From a virus (taxonomy: Duplodnaviria > Caudoviricetes), in IMG/VR virus record IMGVR_UViG_3300044513_000252, positions 1 to 27,631 of that record: a stretch of 27,631 nt of DNA; one strand, given 5' to 3'. The notes under the pieces are model-generated. The model had not been told where the DNA came from. It saw only the letters and a program-made list of their open reading frames with translations, and did no database searches. This document shows, one piece after another, positions 9,761 to 18,418 of this stretch. A program made the translations under genes and the position numbers. Every line of letters begins with the position of its first letter. Position 1 is the stretch's first letter.

Positions 9761-10833
9761 TGAAATACTCACAGTTCATCACAGAAGCAACCACTGCTAC
9801 TGCTAAACCAGCTGCTAAGAAAAAGCAGGAAGAACCACTTGATAAGCATGTCGCTATTACATTTGGGCGCTTTAATCCTCCGCACGCTGGTCATGGTAAG
9901 TTGCTGGATACTGTTCGTTCACATGCTGGGGACAGTGGTAACTACCGCATCTACCCCTCCAGAAGCCAGGACCATAAAAAGAACCCCCTCGGAGCGCACG
10001 AGAAAGTAGGGTTCATGCGTAAGATGTTCCCCGATCACGACAAAGCGATCCAGAACAACGAAGCACATCGCAACATCTTTGATATCATGCGTGATCTTCA
10101 CGATGAGGGACATGAGCATGTGACTATGGTTGTTGGTGATGACCGCGTGAAAGAGTTTGAAAACCTCCTTCATAAGTACAACGGTAAGCACTACAACTTT
10201 AAGTCTATAAATATCAAGTCCGCTGGCAAACGTGCCGATGACTCTGAAGATCCCATCGAGAATCTGAGTGCAAGCAAGATGCGTGCTCACACTCAGAATG
10301 ATGACCATGGTTCCTTCCATGCTGGCATGACCAAGCACATGAAACCGAAGGACAGCATGGCGCTCATGCAGGCAGTCAAAGCAGGCATGACTCCACCCCC
10401 TGAGGAGAAGAAACCTGCCGCTAAGAAGAAAGTGGCAGCAGTTAAAGAGATGTATCTCTGGGAGTATGCACCCAAACTGGACTTTGCATCCTTCCGTGAA
10501 GAGTACATGGTTAATCAGATTTTCCAAGTGGGCGCACTTGTGGAGCATGATGACACTGGCATCAGAGGAACCATCGTTCACCGTGGTCCCAACTATGCAA
10601 TCTTTAAGGATGAGCATGGCGATGAGTTCCGCTCATGGCTGCAACACATTACTGAAGTGAATGATCAAACAAACTATTCTGCAGATTGTGAAGGTGACAG
10701 TGGTAACCAATGGACCGTAGGTAGTGACGAATATCGCCAAGCAGTCCAAGCCATGACCCCTGGTCAAGGGGTAGTCAAGTTTTCAGACTTCAAAAGAAAA
10801 CTAAATAATAAAAGACCGACCGCAAAAGTATAG
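9760..10833 (+). CDS. HxGH-family nucleotidyltransferase ('cytidyltransferase', NMNAT-like fold)
   Basis: TFGRFNPPHAGH, VVGDDR, SASKMR; TAATG coupling with the upstream gene. Confidence 0.88.
   Translation: MKYSQFITEATTATAKPAAKKKQEEPLDKHVAITFGRFNPPHAGHGKLLDTVRSHAGDSGNYRIYPSRSQDHKKNPLGAHEKVGFMRKMFPDHDKAIQNNEAHRNIFDIMRDLHDEGHEHVTMVVGDDRVKEFENLLHKYNGKHYNFKSINIKSAGKRADDSEDPIENLSASKMRAHTQNDDHGSFHAGMTKHMKPKDSMALMQAVKAGMTPPPEEKKPAAKKKVAAVKEMYLWEYAPKLDFASFREEYMVNQIFQVGALVEHDDTGIRGTIVHRGPNYAIFKDEHGDEFRSWLQHITEVNDQTNYSADCEGDSGNQWTVGSDEYRQAVQAMTPGQGVVKFSDFKRKLNNKRPTAKV
10801..10807 (+). promoter_or_regulatory. late promoter (CTAAATA)
   Basis: Late-consensus variant about 30 nt before ATG 10837. Confidence 0.55.
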
Positions 10834-10836
10834 GAA

Positions 10837-12435
10837 ATGACAACTGACATCCGAGTATCGGCTGCCCTACTGGGTTACTCCTTTGCCGATCAGCAATACA
10901 TTCTCTCCTGTGTTAAGGAAGGCACCAACCCGAATGGAACTCGGTTCCAGAAAGGTTTCGATGCAGTAACCGCTATCCTCTCTGAGGAAGTAGAACCCCC
11001 CGTGGTTGAGGGTTACGCTGGGTTCCCTGTGGAAAAGGCAGCAATCGATTCCAAGAAGGGCGATGACCGTAACGTCGGTCGTGTCATTCAGATGGGTGGT
11101 ACACAACTTCTGATCACTGGGCGTAAGTCGGATGGTCGTTATCAGGTTGTCAATAAGGACGGCACTAAGACTGCTAAGGATCCTGCGGACCTCGGCGTCG
11201 TCACCAAGGAGTCGGTCGTAGGTGTCGATGCTGATGAGATCCACGAGGGTCTGAAGCAGGCACGTAAGAACATCGGTATGGATCCCAACAAACCCTCCTG
11301 CTGGAAGGGTTACAAGGCAAAGGGAACCAAGATGAAGGGCGGTGAGGAAGTGCCCGATTGCCAGAAGGAAGAGAACATTGAAGAACTCTACAAAGGCAAG
11401 CATGGTCAGTCTGAGAAAGAGTATCAAGACTCTCGCTCTGATGCTGGCAAGATGATCTCTGGTGATAGCAAGCACAGTGGTGCTGCATACTCACACCGCT
11501 CCTTTAAGGGTGTCGGTAAACCTGCTAAGCCAGGTGAGCGTCAGAAGAACCAGGGCAAGATGGATCGTGGCACCAAGATCGATCTTGAATACCGTAAGGC
11601 AAACCTTAAAGCAAAGAAAGAAAGTTTTGATCTCGAAGCATTCATCGACTTTGACGATGACGAGTTTGATCTTCTGACCTTTGAAGAACTGGAACTGATT
11701 GCAGAAGAAGCACTTCTGGAACTGGACCAGGAAGAAGGTCTCCTTGCTGAGGCACTGGAACTGATAGACAGCATGACTCTCCTCTCTGAGGATCGTTACG
11801 CTGATGCAGCTGCAAAGTCCAAAGAGAATGCTCAGAAACCTGAAGTCAAAGCAGGTGTTCGTAACCTCCGTAAGGAGAAGATGAAGGCAGCCGTTAAGAG
11901 TGCTGCTAGCAACATTAAGAGAGGTGCAGAGAAAGCAGGTTCCGCTGTTGGTTCTGCTGCTGGCAAGGCAGTGAACGCTGCTGGTGCCGCTAAAGATGCA
12001 GTTAAGTCTGGTGCTAAGGCAGTCGGCGGCGCTGCTAAGGCAGGTGCAAGTGCAGTTGGCAGTGCTGCTAAGGCAGCAGGCAGTGGCGTTAAGAAGGTTG
12101 CTAGAGGTGCTGGCGAGGTTGCTGGTGCTGCTGCAGGCGGTTTCGCTGCTGGTTATGCCGCTGAGCGTAATAAGAGAAGGGGCAGTGCTAGCACTCAATC
12201 TTCTACCGCGTCCTCTTCCTCCTCCTCCTCCTCCTCCTCTGACACACAACAATCATCCAATCGTCCTCGCCTCAGAGACCGTATCAAGGCAGGTCTTAAG
12301 AGAGCGATCGGTGGCGCAGCAAGGTCTGTATCTCGCGGTGCACGCAACGTAGCACGTAGAATGGGCGAGTCTTACAGCTGGCGTGATGCTATCGGTTACG
12401 AGGGCACTACCACTGGAGAACAAAATGACCTCTGA
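10837..12435 (+). CDS. low-complexity modular protein, probable internal head protein
   Basis: 532 aa; CWKGYK..C module, acidic helix, A/G/K-rich repeats, Ser run, many (I/L/V)-x-E sites. Confidence 0.7.
   Translation: MTTDIRVSAALLGYSFADQQYILSCVKEGTNPNGTRFQKGFDAVTAILSEEVEPPVVEGYAGFPVEKAAIDSKKGDDRNVGRVIQMGGTQLLITGRKSDGRYQVVNKDGTKTAKDPADLGVVTKESVVGVDADEIHEGLKQARKNIGMDPNKPSCWKGYKAKGTKMKGGEEVPDCQKEENIEELYKGKHGQSEKEYQDSRSDAGKMISGDSKHSGAAYSHRSFKGVGKPAKPGERQKNQGKMDRGTKIDLEYRKANLKAKKESFDLEAFIDFDDDEFDLLTFEELELIAEEALLELDQEEGLLAEALELIDSMTLLSEDRYADAAAKSKENAQKPEVKAGVRNLRKEKMKAAVKSAASNIKRGAEKAGSAVGSAAGKAVNAAGAAKDAVKSGAKAVGGAAKAGASAVGSAAKAAGSGVKKVARGAGEVAGAAAGGFAAGYAAERNKRRGSASTQSSTASSSSSSSSSSDTQQSSNRPRLRDRIKAGLKRAIGGAARSVSRGARNVARRMGESYSWRDAIGYEGTTTGEQNDL
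12211..12240 (+). repeat. (TCC/TCT)n poly-serine microsatellite within CDS
   Basis: tcctcttcctcctcctcctcctcctcctct, encoding 10 Ser. Confidence 0.9.
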
Positions 12436-12805
12436 ATCCAACTCAACCCCTAGTAAGAAAAAGGGCAACGTTATCCTCAATCCCAAAAAGGAAGATCTCA
12501 TGAAGGAATCTCTTAGAAGAAAAGTCAACGGTCAACTTGAGGGACTCAAGGAAGCATCCAAGAAGAAGGCAAAAGATGCCAAGAAAGCCAAGCGTTGGTG
12601 GGACGACGATGGCGATGGCGTGGGGTATGAGGAAGGAGAAGTTAGCGGTAAGTTCACTAAGAAAGAAGAAGTTACCCACACTGACTCCGAACTCAAAGAA
12701 GCACTTAAAGCACAAGAAGAAGAGATTTCTCACCGCATGATGGAGAGAATGAATCTGATGCAACAGACAATCGAGCACGATCGTAAGCGTTTCGGAATCA
12801 ACTGA
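12425..12805 (+). CDS. hypothetical protein (charged, DDDGDG motif), probable head-associated
   Basis: GGAG at 12415-12418 precedes ATG 12425; KRWWDDDGDGVGYE motif. Confidence 0.75.
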   Translation: MTSESNSTPSKKKGNVILNPKKEDLMKESLRRKVNGQLEGLKEASKKKAKDAKKAKRWWDDDGDGVGYEEGEVSGKFTKKEEVTHTDSELKEALKAQEEEISHRMMERMNLMQQTIEHDRKRFGIN

Positions 12806-12843
12806 TCACCTATATAGATTAGTCCTAAACTGGAGCTGATCTC

Positions 12844-13029
12844 ATGTGGGCACTTCTACTTCCTCTTGCTAAGAAAACCCTCGGTCATCTTATTGATCGT
12901 GAAGAAGTCCGCCGCTATCTTGTAGACGTTCTTCGCGCTCTCGCGGAGTCCACGGATAACAAACTAGACGACGGTGCTGTCGATGTAGTCGAAGCACTCC
13001 TCTTCAAAAAGGCAGAAGCAGGGGAATAA
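12844..13029 (+). CDS. small hypothetical protein (TDNKLDD motif)
   Basis: 61 aa with GGAG RBS; followed by a hairpin. Confidence 0.8.
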   Translation: MWALLLPLAKKTLGHLIDREEVRRYLVDVLRALAESTDNKLDDGAVDVVEALLFKKAEAGE

Positions 13030-13035
13030 TGCACT

Positions 13036-13055
13036 GGGGGTCTAGTACCCCCTTT
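13036..13055 (+). terminator. terminator-like hairpin
   Basis: GGGGG-tctagta-CCCCC then TTT. Confidence 0.55.
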
Positions 13056-13056
13056 G

Positions 13057-13064
13057 TATAAATA
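13057..13064 (+). promoter_or_regulatory. late promoter TATAAATA
   Basis: Perfect T4 late consensus ahead of GGAG RBS and ATG 13095. Confidence 0.85.
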
Positions 13065-13094
13065 ACTATACTGGAACTTTTGGAGTAGATAAAC

Positions 13095-13721
13095 ATGTCT
13101 CTTTACGGGAGAACTGACAGTAGCGCAAACCAGACACAAGTAGGTCTCACCCGTGGGAACGGCAGTGGATCTGCTTCTGAGACCATTGTATTCGTTGACG
13201 ACACCGAAGCGGGTCTGAACGAGAACAAGAGTCGTGGTATCACCTCCCCTGGTTGGTGGGCATATCGCACATATACCGATGGAGCTGGTAACACTCGTCA
13301 CAAAGCAGAAATGCTTGCATTCATCAGCAACCCTGACCTGAATGCTAACGAAACTCTTGCTGACGACACCATCGCAGCAGACGTGGCATCCGCAGTTGTA
13401 ATCGATGTACAACCTGCATCTTCCACCTCCGCCTCTGGTGCTGGTACCTTTACCCTCACCACAAGCACAACTGGCACCCCTGGTGCACTCACATATCAAT
13501 GGCAGCGTCAGACCGCAGCGGCAACTACCCGTTGGGTCAACATCACTGCATCTCTCGACGCAGGAATCACCTATGCAGACTTCACGACCGCAACTCTTGC
13601 TTACAGTGGTCTCGCTGATGGTGCTCTCGACGGCTACAAGTATCGCGTCAAGATTACCTCGGCGGGTGGTACAGAAGAAGTCATCTCTGATGGCGCAGCA
13701 ACCGTGACATTCGGCACCTGA
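13095..13721 (+). CDS. virion structural protein with C-terminal Ig-like domain
   Basis: T/A/G/S-rich; VQPAS...LTYQWQ...DGYKYRVKI Ig-like pattern; late promoter. Confidence 0.78.
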   Translation: MSLYGRTDSSANQTQVGLTRGNGSGSASETIVFVDDTEAGLNENKSRGITSPGWWAYRTYTDGAGNTRHKAEMLAFISNPDLNANETLADDTIAADVASAVVIDVQPASSTSASGAGTFTLTTSTTGTPGALTYQWQRQTAAATTRWVNITASLDAGITYADFTTATLAYSGLADGALDGYKYRVKITSAGGTEEVISDGAATVTFGT

Positions 13722-13741
13722 TAACAATGTTCTCGTAATGT

Positions 13742-14113
13742 ATGTACTTTGATGAGCTTAATGAGAACAACCATCTACTATTTGCCATAAAGCACTATGA
13801 AAATCCACTGTCTGTGACAGTGGATGACTTTATGGAAGACATGAAGAAGTTCAAGTACCTTAAGAGACTTTTCAAAAGGTACTTGAACTCCAAAGTCTTG
13901 AGGGTGAACTTGATTCTCAACCACCTTATTATTCTCTTTAATGTTTTTGGCGATGCAACCATCCCTCTTCTCATGTATAAACTTGAGAAAGATTACTGGT
14001 CTATCCTGAAGACATTCCTCGTCTATCTAAATCGGTATCCTGAGACAGGTGACGGGGTTTTGCATCATGTACCTATCGATAAAAACGTAAAGGCAATCCT
14101 GGACGCATTGTGA
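13742..14113 (+). CDS. conserved T4-like cyanophage hypothetical protein
   Basis: 123 aa, ELNENN..FAIKHYENP...NLILNHLIILFNVFG. Confidence 0.85.
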   Translation: MYFDELNENNHLLFAIKHYENPLSVTVDDFMEDMKKFKYLKRLFKRYLNSKVLRVNLILNHLIILFNVFGDATIPLLMYKLEKDYWSILKTFLVYLNRYPETGDGVLHHVPIDKNVKAILDAL

Positions 14114-14508
14114 TTAACGAAGAAGCACCAACTAACTCAGTAGGTACGGGAGCAGAGACCGCTCTACCCCCTACCCATGAACCTGCTGGTTTCACTCGTC
14201 TGACGAATAAGCGTCCTAAGAAGCGCCGTAAGTATGTCGCTTCCATGCGTGACATGATCTCAACCGATCTCGGTGAGTCAACACACGATCAAGGAAGATA
14301 CCTTCCCTATAAGGTAGTTTATGATGGTCAAACTGATTTCATAATCTACGCGAAGTCTGAGGGCGAAGCAAAGATCATGCTCCGCAAGGCATATAGACCA
14401 GAGATGATGAAGAAGATTACGGTTCAGCGACTGTATCCAAACGAAGTCATTAAGTATTTCTATGACAAGCGTATGGATGTGATAAGAGGTAATACACCTG
14501 CACGTTAA
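14110..14508 (+). CDS. hypothetical protein (EEAPTN motif)
   Basis: GTGA overlap with the upstream stop; 132 aa. Confidence 0.75.
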   Translation: MINEEAPTNSVGTGAETALPPTHEPAGFTRLTNKRPKKRRKYVASMRDMISTDLGESTHDQGRYLPYKVVYDGQTDFIIYAKSEGEAKIMLRKAYRPEMMKKITVQRLYPNEVIKYFYDKRMDVIRGNTPAR

Positions 14509-14513
14509 CGGTC

Positions 14514-14981
14514 ATGGCATTCGGGCTCGCTAAGTTAGAAGTCCTACAATCAAAACTAGACATCTATGAAGAGTTGTCCAAGGAAATGCTGGACAAACTT
14601 GAGCGAGCAGTAGGAACCATCTCTGAGAACAGCAATAGAGTTGCTGTGATCTTGGAGCGCCACGAGAATAGATTAGACGAGGGCGACAAAGCCAATGCTG
14701 CAATCATAAAAATGATCAACGATCATCAGAAGTATGATGAGAAGATGTTTGATCAGTTTAGAGAGAAGTTAGATATACTTGAGAAGAAGGTAGACGAGAA
14801 TCAAAAGTTAATATGGATGGTTGGTTGGACTGCTGCCGCTGTTATCGGAGCATTACAACTGCTACCAATCCTAGGACTGCAGTTGACACCCGCACCCAAG
14901 ACAGGTAGAATACCGCCAGCAGAGCAGGTGGCATGGACTTCATCGACGACAAGTACATCCGATTCGTTGGTGGTCGGTTAG
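14514..14981 (+). CDS. coiled-coil protein with C-terminal transmembrane helix
   Basis: Heptad-rich N-terminus; hydrophobic LIWMVGWTAAAVIGALQLLPILG. Confidence 0.8.
   Translation: MAFGLAKLEVLQSKLDIYEELSKEMLDKLERAVGTISENSNRVAVILERHENRLDEGDKANAAIIKMINDHQKYDEKMFDQFREKLDILEKKVDENQKLIWMVGWTAAAVIGALQLLPILGLQLTPAPKTGRIPPAEQVAWTSSTTSTSDSLVVG
14883..14911 (+). promoter_or_regulatory. sigma70-type promoter for primase-nrdAB
   Basis: TTGACA-17 nt-TAGAAT, 21 nt before the primase ATG. Confidence 0.8.
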
Positions 14982-15928
14982 ATAAGTTCAAGTCCGTAAA
15001 GTCTGGACTGTACAACTTCCGTTGTCCTTATTGTGGTGACTCAGAGAAGCACCGTAATAAAGCACGGGGGTATTTCTTTCTGAAGGGATCCGAGTTTATC
15101 TTTAAGTGTCACAACTGTGGTGTCGGTAGAACAGTTGCAAACTTTCTGAAAGACAATGCATATGATCTTCATGATGAATACATCATGGAGAAGTATCGGC
15201 ACGGTGCCACGGGCAAGGGAAGACGTACTGCTAAACCTAAATGGACTAGCGGTAAACCCTCATTTGCTCAAAAAGTATCAGACCTAACACCCATTTCAGA
15301 GCTAAATAACACACACCCCGCTCGCGTCTACCTGGAAGAAAGAAAGATCCCTCAGGACAAACTCTCTTCCATTTTTTATACCGACAAGTTCAAGAGATGG
15401 ATCAACAGTAAGAAACCTGGGACGTTCGCTAATCTGCAGAACGATCAACCCAGAATCATCTTGCCATTGATCGATCCAGATGGTACATGGTTTGGCGTAC
15501 AGGGGCGGTCACTTGCACCCAAAGCGAAACTCAGGTACATTACAATCCTCTTCGATGAGGATAAGACCAAACTCTTTGGTCTAGAACATGTCAATCGTGA
15601 GGAGACTATCTATGTCACAGAGGGACCAATCGACTCCTATTTCCTTAGGAACGCTATTGCTATGTGTGGTAGCGATGTTAACAGTGGCAGTTTCGATAGT
15701 GGAACTGTATTCGTCTACGACAACGAACCCAGGTCAAGGGAAATCTGTACTAAGATATCTGAGACCATTGCCAAGGGATTCAAGGTGGTGATCTTCCCAA
15801 AGGAGGTACGAGAAAAGGACCTAAATGATATGGTACTCGCTGGACGTGACGTGCAGCACATGGTAGAATGTAATACCTACCAGGGTTTAGAAGCAAAACT
15901 TAAGTTTACTGATTGGAAAAAGGTATGA
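14933..15928 (+). CDS. gp61: DNA primase (T4 gp61)
   Basis: Zn finger CPYCGD...CHNCG; TOPRIM VTEGPIDS, YDNE, KDLNDM. Confidence 0.97.
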   Translation: MDFIDDKYIRFVGGRLDKFKSVKSGLYNFRCPYCGDSEKHRNKARGYFFLKGSEFIFKCHNCGVGRTVANFLKDNAYDLHDEYIMEKYRHGATGKGRRTAKPKWTSGKPSFAQKVSDLTPISELNNTHPARVYLEERKIPQDKLSSIFYTDKFKRWINSKKPGTFANLQNDQPRIILPLIDPDGTWFGVQGRSLAPKAKLRYITILFDEDKTKLFGLEHVNREETIYVTEGPIDSYFLRNAIAMCGSDVNSGSFDSGTVFVYDNEPRSREICTKISETIAKGFKVVIFPKEVREKDLNDMVLAGRDVQHMVECNTYQGLEAKLKFTDWKKV

Positions 15929-18234
15929 GTCAGATCACTGTTGTCAAGCGTAATGGTTCTATTGAAGAACTGGACCTCGACAAGATTCACATTATGGTAG
16001 AGCACGCTTGTAAGGGTCTTGCAGGTGTGTCTGAAAGTCAGGTGGAGATGAGTGCCAATCTCCAGTTCTTTGATGGTATTGAGACTAAAGACATTCAAGA
16101 GATCTTGATTCGTTCTGCTAATGATTTGATATCTTTAGACAACCCAAACTACCAATATGTAGCCGCAAGGCTACTTCTGTTTGGTCTTCGGAAGTCTGTG
16201 TATTGGGATCACCCCGATAGTCATCTCCCTCTGTACGCCCAAGTTGTTCGTGGTGTGGAGTGGGGTGTCTATGATGCAGAACTTTTGAACTACTACACCC
16301 AGGCAGACTGGGACGAGATTGGTTCTTTCATTGATCATGATCGTGACTATCTGTTTACATATGCAGGTCTCCGACAGGTCGTAGATAAATATCTTGTACA
16401 GGATCGTAGCAGCGGTCAGGTGTACGAGACACCTCAGTACATGTATATTCTGATTGCTGCAACCCTGTTTGCACAGTATCCTAAGGAGACACGACTCGAT
16501 TATGTCAAACGATACTACGACGCAATCAGCAAGCACAAAATCAACATTCCCACACCTATCATGGCAGGGGTGCGAACTCCACTTCGGCAGTTTGCGAGCT
16601 GTGTTCTTGTTGATGTTGATGACACCCTCGATAGCATCTTTAGCAGTGATATGGCTATTGGCTATTATGTTGCACAACGCGCAGGAATCGGCATCAACGC
16701 AGGTCGAATCCGTGGCATCAACGCTAAGATCAGAGGTGGAGAGGTTCAGCACACGGGTGTTATACCGTTCCTCAAAAAGTTTGAGTCAACTGTCAGATGT
16801 TGCACTCAGAATGGCATCCGAGGTGGATCAGCGACAGTACACTTCCCCATCTGGCACCAAGAGATAGAAGACATTATTGTCCTTAAGAACAACAAGGGCA
16901 CCGAAGACAATCGCGTGAGGAAACTTGACTACTCAATCCAAGTCTCAAAACTATTTTATGAGCGTTTTATCCGAAATGAGGACATATCACTTTTCAGTCC
17001 TCATGATGTCCCTGGTCTTTATGACGCTTTCGGGACTGACAGCTTTGATAGTATTTACATCGGTTACGAACAGGATAAACGAGTCCCCCGTACAATCGTC
17101 AATGCCCAGAACTTAATCCTTGATCTGCTCAAGGAGCGTGCCGAGACTGGTCGTGTTTATATCATGAACATTGACCACTGCAATACTCACTCTTCCTTCA
17201 AGGATAAGGTGAACATGTCCAACCTGTGTCAGGAGATCACTCTCCCCACAGATCCCATCAGTCATATTGATGACGAATCAGGTGAGATTGCTCTGTGCAT
17301 TCTCTCTGCTATCAACGTTGGCAAACTGAAGGCAATCGATGAGATAGAAAATCTCTGCGACCTTGCTGTCCGTGGTCTCGATGCACTTATTGATTACCAG
17401 GGGTACCCTGTTGCTGCCGCTAGGCGTTCGACCCTCTTCCGCCGCTCTCTGGGCATCGGATATATTGGTCTGGCACACTACCTCGCTAGGAAGGGATACA
17501 AGTACAGCGACACCGCTGCACATACTGAAGTCCACAAACTGACTGAAGCATTCCAATACTTCCTCCTCAAGGCATCCAATCAACTTGCTAAAGAGTATGG
17601 ACCGTGTGAAGGGTTCTCTCGCACCAAGTATGCCGATGGGATTCTTCCTATCGATACATATAAGAAAGACGTTGATGAACTTGTAGCACCTGCATACTTC
17701 TATGATTGGGAAAGTCTTAGAACATCTATCGTGGAACATGGACTACGGAACTCAACACTGTCCGCACAGATGCCTTCAGAGAGCAGTTCCGTTGTGTCAA
17801 ATGCCACAAACGGAATCGAACCACCTAGAGATTTCTTGTCCGTTAAGAAGTCGAAGAAGGGACCCCTTAAGCAGATTGTTCCGCAGTATGCTACGCTGAA
17901 GAATAACTACACACTGCTCTGGGATATGCCCTCTAACGAAGGATACATCAAGGTTCTTGCTATCATGCAGAAGTTCTTTGATCAAGCGATCAGTGGCAAC
18001 TGGTCTTACAACCCAGAGAACTATCCCAACAATGAAGTCCCCGTCTCACAGATGGCAAACGACTTCCTAACTACGTACAAATACGGCTGGAAGACATCCT
18101 ATTATCACAATACATACGACAATAAGAAAGATCCCGACGTAGAAGAGAACATCAAGAAGGCATCGGAAATCGATAGTCTGATTGAAGAACTCCTTACAGC
18201 GGATGAAGAAGCATGTGACGCTTGTAATGTCTAG
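15925..18234 (+). CDS. nrdA: ribonucleotide reductase class Ia alpha subunit
   Basis: ATP cone VVKRNG, PTPIMAG, SCVL, SNLCQEI, MPSESSS, KTSYY, C-terminal CDAC. Confidence 0.99.
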   Translation: MSQITVVKRNGSIEELDLDKIHIMVEHACKGLAGVSESQVEMSANLQFFDGIETKDIQEILIRSANDLISLDNPNYQYVAARLLLFGLRKSVYWDHPDSHLPLYAQVVRGVEWGVYDAELLNYYTQADWDEIGSFIDHDRDYLFTYAGLRQVVDKYLVQDRSSGQVYETPQYMYILIAATLFAQYPKETRLDYVKRYYDAISKHKINIPTPIMAGVRTPLRQFASCVLVDVDDTLDSIFSSDMAIGYYVAQRAGIGINAGRIRGINAKIRGGEVQHTGVIPFLKKFESTVRCCTQNGIRGGSATVHFPIWHQEIEDIIVLKNNKGTEDNRVRKLDYSIQVSKLFYERFIRNEDISLFSPHDVPGLYDAFGTDSFDSIYIGYEQDKRVPRTIVNAQNLILDLLKERAETGRVYIMNIDHCNTHSSFKDKVNMSNLCQEITLPTDPISHIDDESGEIALCILSAINVGKLKAIDEIENLCDLAVRGLDALIDYQGYPVAAARRSTLFRRSLGIGYIGLAHYLARKGYKYSDTAAHTEVHKLTEAFQYFLLKASNQLAKEYGPCEGFSRTKYADGILPIDTYKKDVDELVAPAYFYDWESLRTSIVEHGLRNSTLSAQMPSESSSVVSNATNGIEPPRDFLSVKKSKKGPLKQIVPQYATLKNNYTLLWDMPSNEGYIKVLAIMQKFFDQAISGNWSYNPENYPNNEVPVSQMANDFLTTYKYGWKTSYYHNTYDNKKDPDVEENIKKASEIDSLIEELLTADEEACDACNV

Positions 18235-18418
18235 GAAAGTTGAAATCGAACTAGGACCAGATCTTCAGGAGGACTTTGAGTCCTTCCTGAATGTCTGTGA
18301 GTCCTTCGGTATTAAACCTAGAATCAATAGTTTTCTATATTATGTCAGTAACTTTGGAACCTACCAATCAGAAAGGAGCAAGGATGGGAGTAACAGTATT
18401 CAACGAGAAGAAAGTTGA
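18227..18418 (+). CDS. small hypothetical protein between nrdA and nrdB
   Basis: 63 aa MSRKVEIELG..., overlaps both neighbours and fills the gap. Confidence 0.65.
   Translation: MSRKVEIELGPDLQEDFESFLNVCESFGIKPRINSFLYYVSNFGTYQSERSKDGSNSIQREES

Noticed and set aside
11900-12240. Repetitive GCT/GGT-rich DNA as a CRISPR array or tandem repeat element
   Set aside because: No fixed repeat-spacer periodicity; it simply encodes an Ala/Gly/Lys/Ser-rich protein.
9919-13727. Long minus-strand ORFs (9919..10617, 10867..11475, 11491..12252, 12915..13727)
   Set aside because: They are antisense shadows of well-supported + strand genes, explained by codon bias and low complexity; no recognisable motifs.
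4477-18383. Upstream starts given in the ORF track (4477, 4998, 9751, 12383, 15913, 18182, 18291)
   Set aside because: They are longest-ORF artefacts; downstream ATGs have an RBS or stop-start coupling and give family-typical N-termini.
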